From the NCBI GenBank assembly GCA_965116495.1, contig OZ220696.1:2432001-2496000 (forward strand): DNA of 64,000 bases, written 5' to 3'. Positions 1 through 8,946 of the stretch are shown piece after piece. The DNA is from Gammaproteobacteria bacterium. Lineage in GTDB: Bacteria; Pseudomonadota; Gammaproteobacteria; Eutrophobiales; Eutrophobiaceae. The position numbers and the translations under genes were made by a program. The first letter of the stretch is position 1, and each line of letters begins with the position of its first letter. The notes below the pieces were generated by a model. The model did no database searches. It worked only from the letters and a program-made list of their open reading frames with translations, and was not told where the DNA came from.

Positions 1-17
1 TGCTCGTATACGAAGGG

Positions 18-836
18 TTGATATTCATCTGTCTCGCCGAAGATTCTCCGCCTGAGGTCGATTCCATACTGCAGCAAATGGAACCTTTCATCAAACCACA
101 AAAATTACGCGACGCCAAAGTCATTCATGAAACGGTATTCACTACCAATGCGAACTGGAAACTGGTCGTCGAGAATTTCTGGGAATGTTATCACTGCCAG
201 CCTTCGCATCCTGAATTCATGGCGGTACATGACGAGAACTGGGTGCTGGCGATGGGTGCTGGCCTGGGCGCGTGCGTCTCGGAACAGGCTGAAATGAACT
301 ACCAGCAGGAATTCAAGGCATTTGAAGACCGCGCTAGACAACTTGATCATCCTTTCGGTTCATCCCCGAAGCTGGGTCCGGGATTGACGGAGTTCTGGCA
401 GGTCCTGCGTTCCCCACTGGCGGACGGATGTTACTCGGAGACACGGGACGGCAGAAAAGTGGGGCCGTTGATGGGAGACCTCAATGACTTTGATGGTGGC
501 ATGACCCACATCAGTTTTAATCCGCTGGCTTCACTCTGGTTGTGCAATGATCATGCGGTCACATTCAACTTTCACCCGATGGGTCCCAACTCTACGGATG
601 TACATATCATGTGGCTGGTGGACGGGGAAGCGGAACAGGACAGGGATTTCACGGTGGAAGATGTCGCGTGGATGTGGACGACAACCGGGCTACAGGACAA
701 GACGATCACCGAAAATAACCAGTCCGGCGTAAACTCGGGTCGTTATGAACCGGGGCCATACTCACTGATGGAGGGGCAACTCGAAGACTTTGTGCAATGG
801 TATTTCGCACGGCTGCGAGAGGCTGATACTGCCTAA
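18..836 (+). CDS. Rieske non-heme iron oxygenase alpha subunit, C-terminal catalytic domain (5' part outside window)
   Basis: ANWKLVVENFWECYHC..H mononuclear-iron motif and QD..ITENNQ.G C-terminal motif, typical of GbcA/Stc2-like oxygenases. Confidence 0.85.
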   Translation: MIFICLAEDSPPEVDSILQQMEPFIKPQKLRDAKVIHETVFTTNANWKLVVENFWECYHCQPSHPEFMAVHDENWVLAMGAGLGACVSEQAEMNYQQEFKAFEDRARQLDHPFGSSPKLGPGLTEFWQVLRSPLADGCYSETRDGRKVGPLMGDLNDFDGGMTHISFNPLASLWLCNDHAVTFNFHPMGPNSTDVHIMWLVDGEAEQDRDFTVEDVAWMWTTTGLQDKTITENNQSGVNSGRYEPGPYSLMEGQLEDFVQWYFARLREADTA

Positions 837-917
837 TGATTGACAATTTTGTATAACGCCGGCGCACGTAATCCATGCAATAAACACCAATAATAATAAA
901 ACGGAGCACAACATCCA

Positions 918-2051
918 ATGTCCAGACTGAACCCACCTTTTCGCGCCGAACACGTCGGCAGTCTGCTGCGACCGAAAGTCCTGCTCGAGGCGCGCGAGCG
1001 GCTGGAGGGAGACGTTTACAGCGAGCATAAGGGAAGCATTGCCAGGGGCGAACTTCGGAGCCTTGAAAATGAATGTATAACCGAGGTAATCAAAATGCAG
1101 GAAGACGTCGGCCTGCAGGGCATCACTGACGGAGAGTTTCGCCGCCGCTCCTGGTTCCAGGACTTCATGCTGGAATTGAACGGTGCGTCTATAAAATTCG
1201 TGGAAGGGACGTTCGTGGACAGCAAAGGGCATAAGCTTCCCACGCCGACACCGCATTTCGAGGAGAAACTCCAGCCCCGCACGGGAATTACCACGGACGC
1301 ATATACATTTCTGGCAGGCAGGACGGGTCGAACTGCCAAGGCGACTATACCCTCGCCGAACATGGCCCACGTGTTCGGCGGCAGGGCAGCCATCAGCGCA
1401 ACCGTGTATCCCGACCTGGGTGAGTTCTGGGAGGACCTGGCGCAGATATACCGGCAGGAAATTACCCACCTCGCAGAGCTCGGATGCCGCTATATTCAGG
1501 TCGACGATTGTGCGTTCACGATGCTGCTGGATAACGATGTGCGCGGGCGCCTGCAGGAACGCGGCGACGACCCGGGACAACTGCTGGATACCTATATCCG
1601 GGCCATCAACCTGGCCGTAAAGGACCGTCCGGAGGGGGTCGTCATAGGTACGCACCTCTGTCGCGGTAATAACAAGGGGCACTGGCTGGCTTCCGGAGGC
1701 TACGATGCGGTCGCTGAGAAATTGTTCAACCAACTGGAAGTTGACGCGTTTTTCCTCGAATATGACTCCTCGCGCGCCGGCACGTTTGCGCCGCTTCGGT
1801 TCATGCCCGGGGATAAAACGGTTGTACTCGGGCTTATTTCATCCAAGGTTCCGGATCTTGAAGACAGCAATGACGTCAAAAGCCGCATTGAACAGGCGAG
1901 TAGACATGTGCCGTTGGAGAACCTTTGCCTCAGCCCGCAATGCGGTTTCGCCAGTGTGTTCCAGGGCAATCCCGTCACCGAAGAACACCAGCGCGCCAAG
2001 CTGTCACTGATCGTCGATGTGGCGGATGATATGTGGGGCAGCGGCGGGTAA
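918..2051 (+). CDS. Single-domain cobalamin-independent methionine synthase-like protein (MetE C-terminal / YxjH-type)
   Basis: PFRAEHVGSLLRP, TDGEFRR, Zn ligands HLC, LEYD and LSPQCGFAS. Confidence 0.9.
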   Translation: MSRLNPPFRAEHVGSLLRPKVLLEARERLEGDVYSEHKGSIARGELRSLENECITEVIKMQEDVGLQGITDGEFRRRSWFQDFMLELNGASIKFVEGTFVDSKGHKLPTPTPHFEEKLQPRTGITTDAYTFLAGRTGRTAKATIPSPNMAHVFGGRAAISATVYPDLGEFWEDLAQIYRQEITHLAELGCRYIQVDDCAFTMLLDNDVRGRLQERGDDPGQLLDTYIRAINLAVKDRPEGVVIGTHLCRGNNKGHWLASGGYDAVAEKLFNQLEVDAFFLEYDSSRAGTFAPLRFMPGDKTVVLGLISSKVPDLEDSNDVKSRIEQASRHVPLENLCLSPQCGFASVFQGNPVTEEHQRAKLSLIVDVADDMWGSGG

Positions 2052-2058
2052 AAGCGGA

Positions 2059-2595
2059 TTACAGCGTAAATTCGGCCACGAGACTGTCTGTCAGTGGAAA
2101 AAAGCTGTCGGCGGCATCCTTCAGTTCGTTTGACGGATCGGCCCGGTATTCGAAGAAGGCGTTCTCGACTGTCTTGCCCTGCCTTTGCAGCGCTTCGATC
2201 GCGGGACTCAGTGTCGGGCGGCGGCTCAGGATAACAGCCGTATCGTAGCTGTTATTAATGCCTTGCTCGAACATCTCCAGTGCCAGCATCACGTCGACTC
2301 CATAGTCCAGGTACATCCCGCCTCTTACCTGCATCCGTGTTGCACGGGTGTTAAAACCCTGGCCGGCCATAAGCTGCAGCAACTCACGCTGCGCTGTTTC
2401 CTTTTTCGGGTAACACTCCCCGGGATAGGTGGCAAGACAGGCATATTTTCCCGTTACTGTTCTCCCACCTGCGATATGGTCGACCAGACCGGCATAATCA
2501 ATCCTCCACGGCAAGCCCTGTCCCCTGAGCCCATCCAGCAGCCAGCCGGCGTCTATGAAAGCGCTAACCCGGATGTTTTGCTTCTCTGTCGCCAT
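2059..2595 (-). CDS. NYN/LabA (DUF88) domain protein, degenerate active site
   Basis: FID..L start, GVDV.LA motif, terminal L...AD.F; the usual SGD.DF motif reads SRRPTL. Confidence 0.7.
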   Translation of the reverse strand: MATEKQNIRVSAFIDAGWLLDGLRGQGLPWRIDYAGLVDHIAGGRTVTGKYACLATYPGECYPKKETAQRELLQLMAGQGFNTRATRMQVRGGMYLDYGVDVMLALEMFEQGINNSYDTAVILSRRPTLSPAIEALQRQGKTVENAFFEYRADPSNELKDAADSFFPLTDSLVAEFTL

Positions 2596-2631
2596 GCTCT
2601 CTCCTGTTATAATATCAAGCGATACCCCAGG

Positions 2632-3558
2632 TCAGCAGGACTCGGCGAAATGCAGGATTGCCTGCGAGATTTCGCTGTCGGAATAAAATAACCTGAATAT
2701 GTTGGTGGTATGGTCCTCACCTTCGACGTCGAGGTAATCGGCCCGCAAGCCCTTTCCCCTCCAGGCCGCTACAAATTCTTCTGATTGCCTATGGAATTCC
2801 ACCGATTCTTCCGCGCCCAACGCGACCAGCAGTGGCGGCCCGGTATCGGGAATATGAAACAGTGGGCTTTCGTTGAATACGGTATCGCCGGTAAGCTGCA
2901 GCTTTGCCTGCAGCCAGCAATATCTGAAAGGGCGCAGGTCAAACAGCCCGCTGATGGGAATGCCGCCCTTTATGACGTCGGCCGGTAATCCGTAGTCCTC
3001 CCAGTTGGTTATCGCTAGCATCCCCACCTGGTGTCCTCCGGCAGAATGGCCGGTAACGAAAATCCTGTTGGCGTCGCCATTGATACTCGCTGCGTTACGG
3101 TAGGCCCAGGCAACAGCGAGTCTGCTCGCTGATGTGATATCCGGGATTCCGACCTTCGGACACAAGGCGTAATCACTGGAAATACATGCAAACCCCAGGT
3201 CGGCCAGTCCTTTTATACAGAAGTTGAACAGCTTTCTCGTCCCCAGACGCCACCATCCACCGTGAATGAAGATGATGATTGGGGAGTCCTTTTTCCTGGC
3301 GGGGAATACGTCAATCCGTTCCTCGTCCCGGGCGCCAACAGGTATATCCGCCTGGTGTTCAAGCAGTTCAAGGGTCCTGGAACTTCTGTGAAGAAACGTA
3401 TCGAAGTAGGGAATGATATCCCATAGGTGGTTCTCGATATCAAGCTGCGGATCAATCTGCGCTTGATCCATAAAATTATCATACGGACTCACTTTCGCTT
3501 CCTGGTGGTTGTCCCGGGTATCGTCTTCTATTGACCGGCCAGTCCAGAATACCAGCAT
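2632..3558 (-). CDS. Alpha/beta hydrolase (arylformamidase / HSL-like esterase); true start may be downstream
   Basis: HGGWW oxyanion motif, GHSAGG nucleophile elbow, C-terminal DH. Confidence 0.85.
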   Translation of the reverse strand: MLVFWTGRSIEDDTRDNHQEAKVSPYDNFMDQAQIDPQLDIENHLWDIIPYFDTFLHRSSRTLELLEHQADIPVGARDEERIDVFPARKKDSPIIIFIHGGWWRLGTRKLFNFCIKGLADLGFACISSDYALCPKVGIPDITSASRLAVAWAYRNAASINGDANRIFVTGHSAGGHQVGMLAITNWEDYGLPADVIKGGIPISGLFDLRPFRYCWLQAKLQLTGDTVFNESPLFHIPDTGPPLLVALGAEESVEFHRQSEEFVAAWRGKGLRADYLDVEGEDHTTNIFRLFYSDSEISQAILHFAESC

Positions 3559-3708
3559 GTAACATCCGGAGTAAATACCATTGAAATGTTACATGGGGGC
3601 CACTGCTCATCCATATAAATTCGTAAATTGCAGTGCCAGGGTTTTTGTGAATTCCACACCGCATGCTATATAATCCCGGGTAATCCGGAACTGGGAGGAC
3701 TGATACCG

Positions 3709-4524
3709 ATGTTGCAACGGGTGACTCCAATCGTCGATGCCATCGGGAAAGACATGTTCTGTGACCTGGTTTCTGAATTCTGCGAAGACTCGGTCAATGC
3801 CGCAGAGGTCGCCTTGTTTTACTTTCCCGTGAATGATGAACCACGCTGTTTGTCTACTGATGTCAAAGTCCACGATGCCGTAGTCGAATATGTAGAGGGG
3901 GCTTACCGGCGCGACGCTAACTTTAAACGCCTGTCATCACAGGTTGGCGCACAGAGTGATTTTGCGATCGGGTCACTGCATATGAAACAGATCAGCAACC
4001 CCGTATATTCCGAGCAATTTTACAAGAGGACCGGCGTGGAAAAGAAACTGAGCCTGGTTGCCCAATTGGACGGCGGACTGGTGTACGGGAATTTTTACCG
4101 CCGGCCCAACCAAGCGGATTTTAACAGGCAAGACATGCACAGACTTCAAACAGTCTGGAATTTCTGCCTGAGTTGCTTCAGGCAGCATGTACGTTTTGCC
4201 AGTATATCAGTCCCGGATTTCACGGACAGGCAAGCCCGGCTCGCGGTTGTGCGCAAGTTTCTTCATGTCGAAGGCCTGAGCCGGCGCGAGGCGGATGTGA
4301 CATCGCGCATAGTACTGGGTTATTCCACAACGGCAATCGCCCTGGATCTGGATATTGCTGAAAACACGGTTTCCACTTTGCGGCGGCGGGCCTACGAGAA
4401 GTTGGGAATCTGCAGCCAGAACGAGCTCTTTGAGATTTGTTTTCGCAGGATGAATGACGTGTTGCGCGGAATACCGGACGAACATTACGACAAATTCATG
4501 CAGGAAGGCGCGATATCCCTTTAA
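3709..4524 (+). CDS. LuxR-family HTH transcriptional regulator
   Basis: C-terminal LSRRE...G.ST..IA..L.I.ENTV.T...RAYEKLGI; GGGAGG RBS before ATG 3709. Confidence 0.85.
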   Translation: MLQRVTPIVDAIGKDMFCDLVSEFCEDSVNAAEVALFYFPVNDEPRCLSTDVKVHDAVVEYVEGAYRRDANFKRLSSQVGAQSDFAIGSLHMKQISNPVYSEQFYKRTGVEKKLSLVAQLDGGLVYGNFYRRPNQADFNRQDMHRLQTVWNFCLSCFRQHVRFASISVPDFTDRQARLAVVRKFLHVEGLSRREADVTSRIVLGYSTTAIALDLDIAENTVSTLRRRAYEKLGICSQNELFEICFRRMNDVLRGIPDEHYDKFMQEGAISL

Positions 4525-5730
4525 TCAGTCTTCAAACAATTCCGGCGCGGCTGATTTCAGGCTTTCTATATACCATTTGTGAAAATGCCAGAGCGTTGCC
4601 TCGGTATGCGAGGTTCTCCCCTGCGCGGCAAACGCTGAGCGCTTTCCTCTGTACATCTCCGTAATGCCCCAGAAGTCTTCATCTATCACCAGTTTGGCGT
4701 TCTGCTTGTAGGCTTCAAATTTCTCCATAAAATCCGGAGCTTCTGCCGCTTCCTTACTGATGCCGATGCCGTAGCGTCCCGTTGTCCTGTTGTGGGTCTG
4801 CGGGTTCATCTGTGTAATGAACAAGAGATCCGGATTGAAATACCAGCTGAAATTGGGAAAGACGATGCCTCCAACCGCGACATTCATATCGGATTCATCA
4901 AGATTGCCCGGCAGGGCAAAACCGCCGGTCAGGGCATAATCGTCGGGGTTCAACAGGTCCGCATCCCCTCCTGAGGGAAGGCGAAACATGCAATAAGCAG
5001 GCATATCGGTATTTTCTATTATGGTCTTGCTTGCCGGAACGGAATCGCCCAGGGATTTTTCATGGATTGAATCCGTGTGGTAGTTCTCTGCGAATATATC
5101 GACGACGCACTTCCAGTTTGCTTCCAGGTCAATTTCGCCCATCTGGAAATAGACCATATCATCCGTTTCATGACGCAGGAATTTCGGCTCCAGGTCTACG
5201 ATCCGGGGAGCAAGTTCGGGAACGGTCCCGCGCGCCATGTTCACGAAAATAAACCCGCGCCAGATTTCATGGTGAAATTCATGAAGCCGCCAGTCCCCGG
5301 TTGAAAAATCTTCTGCGTTCTCCATGAGCGGCGCGCCCCGGAGTGAACCATCGAGGTTATATACCCAGTTATGGTAGCGGCACCTGAGCAGGTTACAGTT
5401 GCCCCGATCATGGGCAACAGGGAAATTCCGGTGGACGCAAACATTGGACAACGCATGCAGTTCGTTATCCCTGTCGCGGATGATCAGTATCGGCTCCTCA
5501 CAAAAATCAACGGTGAAGTAATCGCCGGGATTGCTGACCTCGCTTATATGACCGACAGGAAACCACGACGATTTGAGCAATCGCTCCTTTTCCAACTCGA
5601 ATATCGCCGGATCGCTGTAGAAGCGGGGAGGTATGGTCGCTGCCGAGTTGTATTCCAGCAGGCAGTCCTGTATTTCCCCAGGTTGAAACCGGTCCGGTAT
5701 CTGACTGGTGTTGCCGGGATTTGTCGACAT
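4525..5730 (-). CDS. Rieske oxygenase alpha subunit (ring-hydroxylating/demethylating)
   Basis: Rieske CVH...CRYH; ANWK...ENYH...H and ED iron ligands; likely start ATG 5730. Confidence 0.9.
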   Translation of the reverse strand: MSTNPGNTSQIPDRFQPGEIQDCLLEYNSAATIPPRFYSDPAIFELEKERLLKSSWFPVGHISEVSNPGDYFTVDFCEEPILIIRDRDNELHALSNVCVHRNFPVAHDRGNCNLLRCRYHNWVYNLDGSLRGAPLMENAEDFSTGDWRLHEFHHEIWRGFIFVNMARGTVPELAPRIVDLEPKFLRHETDDMVYFQMGEIDLEANWKCVVDIFAENYHTDSIHEKSLGDSVPASKTIIENTDMPAYCMFRLPSGGDADLLNPDDYALTGGFALPGNLDESDMNVAVGGIVFPNFSWYFNPDLLFITQMNPQTHNRTTGRYGIGISKEAAEAPDFMEKFEAYKQNAKLVIDEDFWGITEMYRGKRSAFAAQGRTSHTEATLWHFHKWYIESLKSAAPELFED

Positions 5731-5828
5731 GGGATTTTCCTCAATAATTGACTTTATTGCCCTTGGCTGGACGCTATCCTGCAGGAACAGCAAGGTGTGT
5801 ATATGTAAAGTGTGACATAGGATATTGT

Positions 5829-6824
5829 TTATCCCCCATCGCCATCGCTACCTACCTGATAGCGATCAGGCAACACATTTACGGGAGCGCGCATTCCTTT
5901 GGCTGCGGCAGAGATGCGCATTCGCCTGGCCTCTTCAAACTGGTCAGGACTCATCCACGAACGGTCATGGCCCCATAGACTTGCTCCGTCCGTCAACTCT
6001 ACCGGCCGCCAGTTCGAAGGGTCAATCTCCAGGCCGCCCCAGCCACATTCCACCATGAAAGGTGATGGGGAATTTACATAAAACGAGGTCATCAGATCAT
6101 TGGTATGCCGGCCAAGTGTCACGCCGATTTTATGATCATTTGCAACCATGACATCGTACCCTTGCCCAATATCATCGAACATCGTGTACTCCACCATTAT
6201 ATGATGGACACCGTTTTGTTCACGTTCTATCAATGCAAGATTATGGTGCCGCTTATTGATATGAAAGAAGTAGGCATGAAACGGTTTAAACATATAATCA
6301 CTGATTCGAAATCCCAACAAGTCGTGGTAGAAAGCTTTCATCCCATCGATATCCGGGGTTATAAGCACGACGTGACCGAGGCCGAAGGAACCGGTACGAA
6401 ACCCGGAATGAACGCGGCCCGGCACGAATGGTGTATCAAGCAAATCCGGTTCACAAAATACTTCCAGGCGGTTTCCTGCAGGGTCGGGGAAGCTGATGAG
6501 GTCTTTCACCATTCGTTCAGCCGCGCGCGCACTCTGCCCATGCTGCACATCTATCCCGGCCTGTTCCAGCCTGGATGCAATTCGGTCCAGCGCCTGTGCC
6601 GAATGTGCCTGCCAGCCGATGGTATAGCGCGCCGGTTGCGGCGAGTTCGTTATCACTAACCGTTGTGTGCGGTCGTCCATTCGGAAAGCAATGGTATCCG
6701 TGCTTTTATCAACTACCTGCATACCCAGCCCCGGACCCGCGAAACGTCTCCATTCGTCCAGCTCGCCTGATTCAACGACGAGGTAACCCAGTGAGGTGAT
6801 GTCAAATTGATAATTGTCGGCCAT
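5829..6824 (-). CDS. Type I extradiol ring-cleavage dioxygenase (BphC/HsaC-like, VOC fold)
   Basis: LGYL, DP.GNRLE, GLGHVV, RHH, HH.M.E, GRHTND, SFY..SPS.F.VE.GW motifs. Confidence 0.9.
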   Translation of the reverse strand: MADNYQFDITSLGYLVVESGELDEWRRFAGPGLGMQVVDKSTDTIAFRMDDRTQRLVITNSPQPARYTIGWQAHSAQALDRIASRLEQAGIDVQHGQSARAAERMVKDLISFPDPAGNRLEVFCEPDLLDTPFVPGRVHSGFRTGSFGLGHVVLITPDIDGMKAFYHDLLGFRISDYMFKPFHAYFFHINKRHHNLALIEREQNGVHHIMVEYTMFDDIGQGYDVMVANDHKIGVTLGRHTNDLMTSFYVNSPSPFMVECGWGGLEIDPSNWRPVELTDGASLWGHDRSWMSPDQFEEARRMRISAAAKGMRAPVNVLPDRYQVGSDGDGG

Positions 6825-6876
6825 TTATCTCTTCGTTCCCAGTTTCGACGGTCTGTTCGATTGCATGCGTTTCAGA

Positions 6877-7407
6877 TCACCTGGGTATCCCCAGGTATTC
6901 AATGATGAGTCTTCGCTGTTCTGCATTTCTCATCCCGCCAAGCGCCATACGGTTGCCCGGGATCAGTTCGGCCGGCTTTTCAAGAAAGCTGTCCAGACCC
7001 TCCGGAGTCCATTGTTTGCCGTAAGCCCGCATCGCTTCGGAATAAGCAAAACCTGCAACGGAACCGGCTGATCTGCCGAAAATTCCTGCGAGGTGGGGAC
7101 CTATGGCAGACGGCCGGTCAGGGTCAATTGAGTGACAGGCGCCGCAACGAAGCCTGAAAAGTATCTCACCTTCACTGCTGATAGCGACGTCGGTTGTCTG
7201 TGTATCAATTGTATGCCTGTCCCCCTCGTTGCGCATGGAACCGGGCGTATCGCCGCCGTTGCATCCTGACAGGTAACAGGCCCCCAGAACCAGCACGCTG
7301 TACAGCCCGGATTTCCTCTTTACCAGTTTTCCGGTAATAGAAGAAACCTGTATCAATATTTGCTTATGCCTGTTCAAGAGTTTGCCGGTGTGCCTGGTCA
7401 GGAACAT
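6877..7407 (-). CDS. Class I cytochrome c (c2-like), probable lipoprotein; start uncertain
   Basis: CGACH heme site, GPHL.G.FGR.AG, YS.AM, PGNRM axial Met; hydrophobic stretch ending LSGC. Confidence 0.85.
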   Translation of the reverse strand: MFLTRHTGKLLNRHKQILIQVSSITGKLVKRKSGLYSVLVLGACYLSGCNGGDTPGSMRNEGDRHTIDTQTTDVAISSEGEILFRLRCGACHSIDPDRPSAIGPHLAGIFGRSAGSVAGFAYSEAMRAYGKQWTPEGLDSFLEKPAELIPGNRMALGGMRNAEQRRLIIEYLGIPR

Positions 7408-8554
7408 TCTCTTTCTGAGACCGGTTCACGATAAGGAATAGATACCATGCAGACGTATTGGCTATCAATACAATCCAGCCCATCGAAGCGGCGCCAAAGT
7501 TCTCGATAACATATCCGCCAAGATACGGCCCGACCGCGCCAGTTAACAGGAAAGCGCCGGCGGTGACTGCCGCATCGCGCCCGGATGGGTCCTGGTCGGC
7601 CGCATAACCAAGGAAATAGGGAACAAGAAAGTACATGCCCACTACGTTCAGGGCAGCTCCCAGGCGAAATGCAAGCGGGTGATGCCAATGGGACATGGTA
7701 TTGATCGCGACAATCAGGACTATGATGCCTGCTGTAACAGGAAGTAAGCGCCCAAACCTGGCGCCGACCAGCGTTGCCAGCAACGCGCCGAATACTGAAA
7801 CCAGTGCCGCCGTTCCCACCGCGTTGTGAACCTGTACCTCACTCAGGCCTGCCATGTCACCCAACAGGTAATAGAAAGACCACATTGCGCCTGCTCCAAG
7901 AGAAACAACAAATACTGCAGTTACCAGGAGCAGGAGTTTCGGGGAGAAGATCCCGTGAGCGGGGGAGGTAGTGCCGGATGAGCGCAGTTGACCGCGGATC
8001 GGACTCCGCGGCAGCATGGGTATAAGTAACGACAATACGGCTATGCCTGCAAAAATCGTCGGAAAAACATTGTGTTCCAGGTTGAAATATCCGGCCGTTA
8101 CGGGAAGAGAGAAAACGGCCGCGGAACAAAACAGGATGGCAGCGATGTTAATGATGCCGTAGGCCCTGTCGGGATCCCTGAAGTTCGCCAGTGAAGCGCT
8201 GGCGGCAGCAAGCATGGCCCCCTCGCCGAAACCGGTAACCAGGCGCGAAATCAAAAGTAAATCATAATCCTGAATCGTAATAGACCATGCCGCGCCGGAA
8301 AGTGAAACGACAACACCGATCGATGCAATCCGGCGCAACGACAACCTGCCGAGCAGTTTGCCGAACAAGGCGGCGCTCAAAGCGATCACAGTCATCTCAG
8401 CCGATGCAACCAGCCCTGCTGCAGCTTCTCCCACGTCATACCGAACGATTACCTCATGTATGAGGGAAGGCTGCAGCCACCAGGCAATATTGGCAATACA
8501 ATAGGCCGCTGCGCTGGCTGCAAGAATCCTGCCCTGAAGTGTGTATGACGCCAT
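7364..8554 (-). CDS. MFS transporter
   Basis: About 12 hydrophobic segments, SRLVTGFGEG motif. Confidence 0.85.
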   Translation of the reverse strand: MASYTLQGRILAASAAAYCIANIAWWLQPSLIHEVIVRYDVGEAAAGLVASAEMTVIALSAALFGKLLGRLSLRRIASIGVVVSLSGAAWSITIQDYDLLLISRLVTGFGEGAMLAAASASLANFRDPDRAYGIINIAAILFCSAAVFSLPVTAGYFNLEHNVFPTIFAGIAVLSLLIPMLPRSPIRGQLRSSGTTSPAHGIFSPKLLLLVTAVFVVSLGAGAMWSFYYLLGDMAGLSEVQVHNAVGTAALVSVFGALLATLVGARFGRLLPVTAGIIVLIVAINTMSHWHHPLAFRLGAALNVVGMYFLVPYFLGYAADQDPSGRDAAVTAGAFLLTGAVGPYLGGYVIENFGAASMGWIVLIANTSAWYLFLIVNRSQKENVPDQAHRQTLEQA

Positions 8555-8636
8555 AAACGAATTTTTAACCCAGGGTGGCAGTAAACCAGCATCATAGCCT
8601 ATCTCACTGTCACATTCCTGTCTGTCACACTCGTAT

Positions 8637-8810
8637 GCAGGGCAATCTTAAAGTCATTACCCGCTTTCAAATCTCCCACCCGTCATTCCTGCACAAGCAG
8701 GAATCCCGTCAAACAATCATTCATTGTTTATAAAAAATTACGTTTTCATTGGATTCCGGATCAAGCCCGGAATGACAGCGGGGCGTATACCGACTTTGAG
8801 ATAGCCCTGC
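8637..8810. mobile_element. MITE-like palindromic element (CGTC-tagged repeat type)
   Basis: Imperfect 19-bp terminal inverted repeats (gcagggcaatcttaaagtc / gactttgagatagccctgc) enclosing cgtcattcctgc..gcaggaatcc and ggattccgg..cccggaatgac hairpins; related copy at 40356-40518. Confidence 0.75.
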
Positions 8811-8946
8811 ACTCGCATGTTACACGGCGATTCGATTTGCCGGGAAGCTTAAAACCGTATGCTATGATGCTGAAGAAGAATTCGCGAACCAGGCCCCCCC
8901 GGTATCCGATCGAGAGTCGGGATTGGGAAATTCAGGAGGGTGAATC

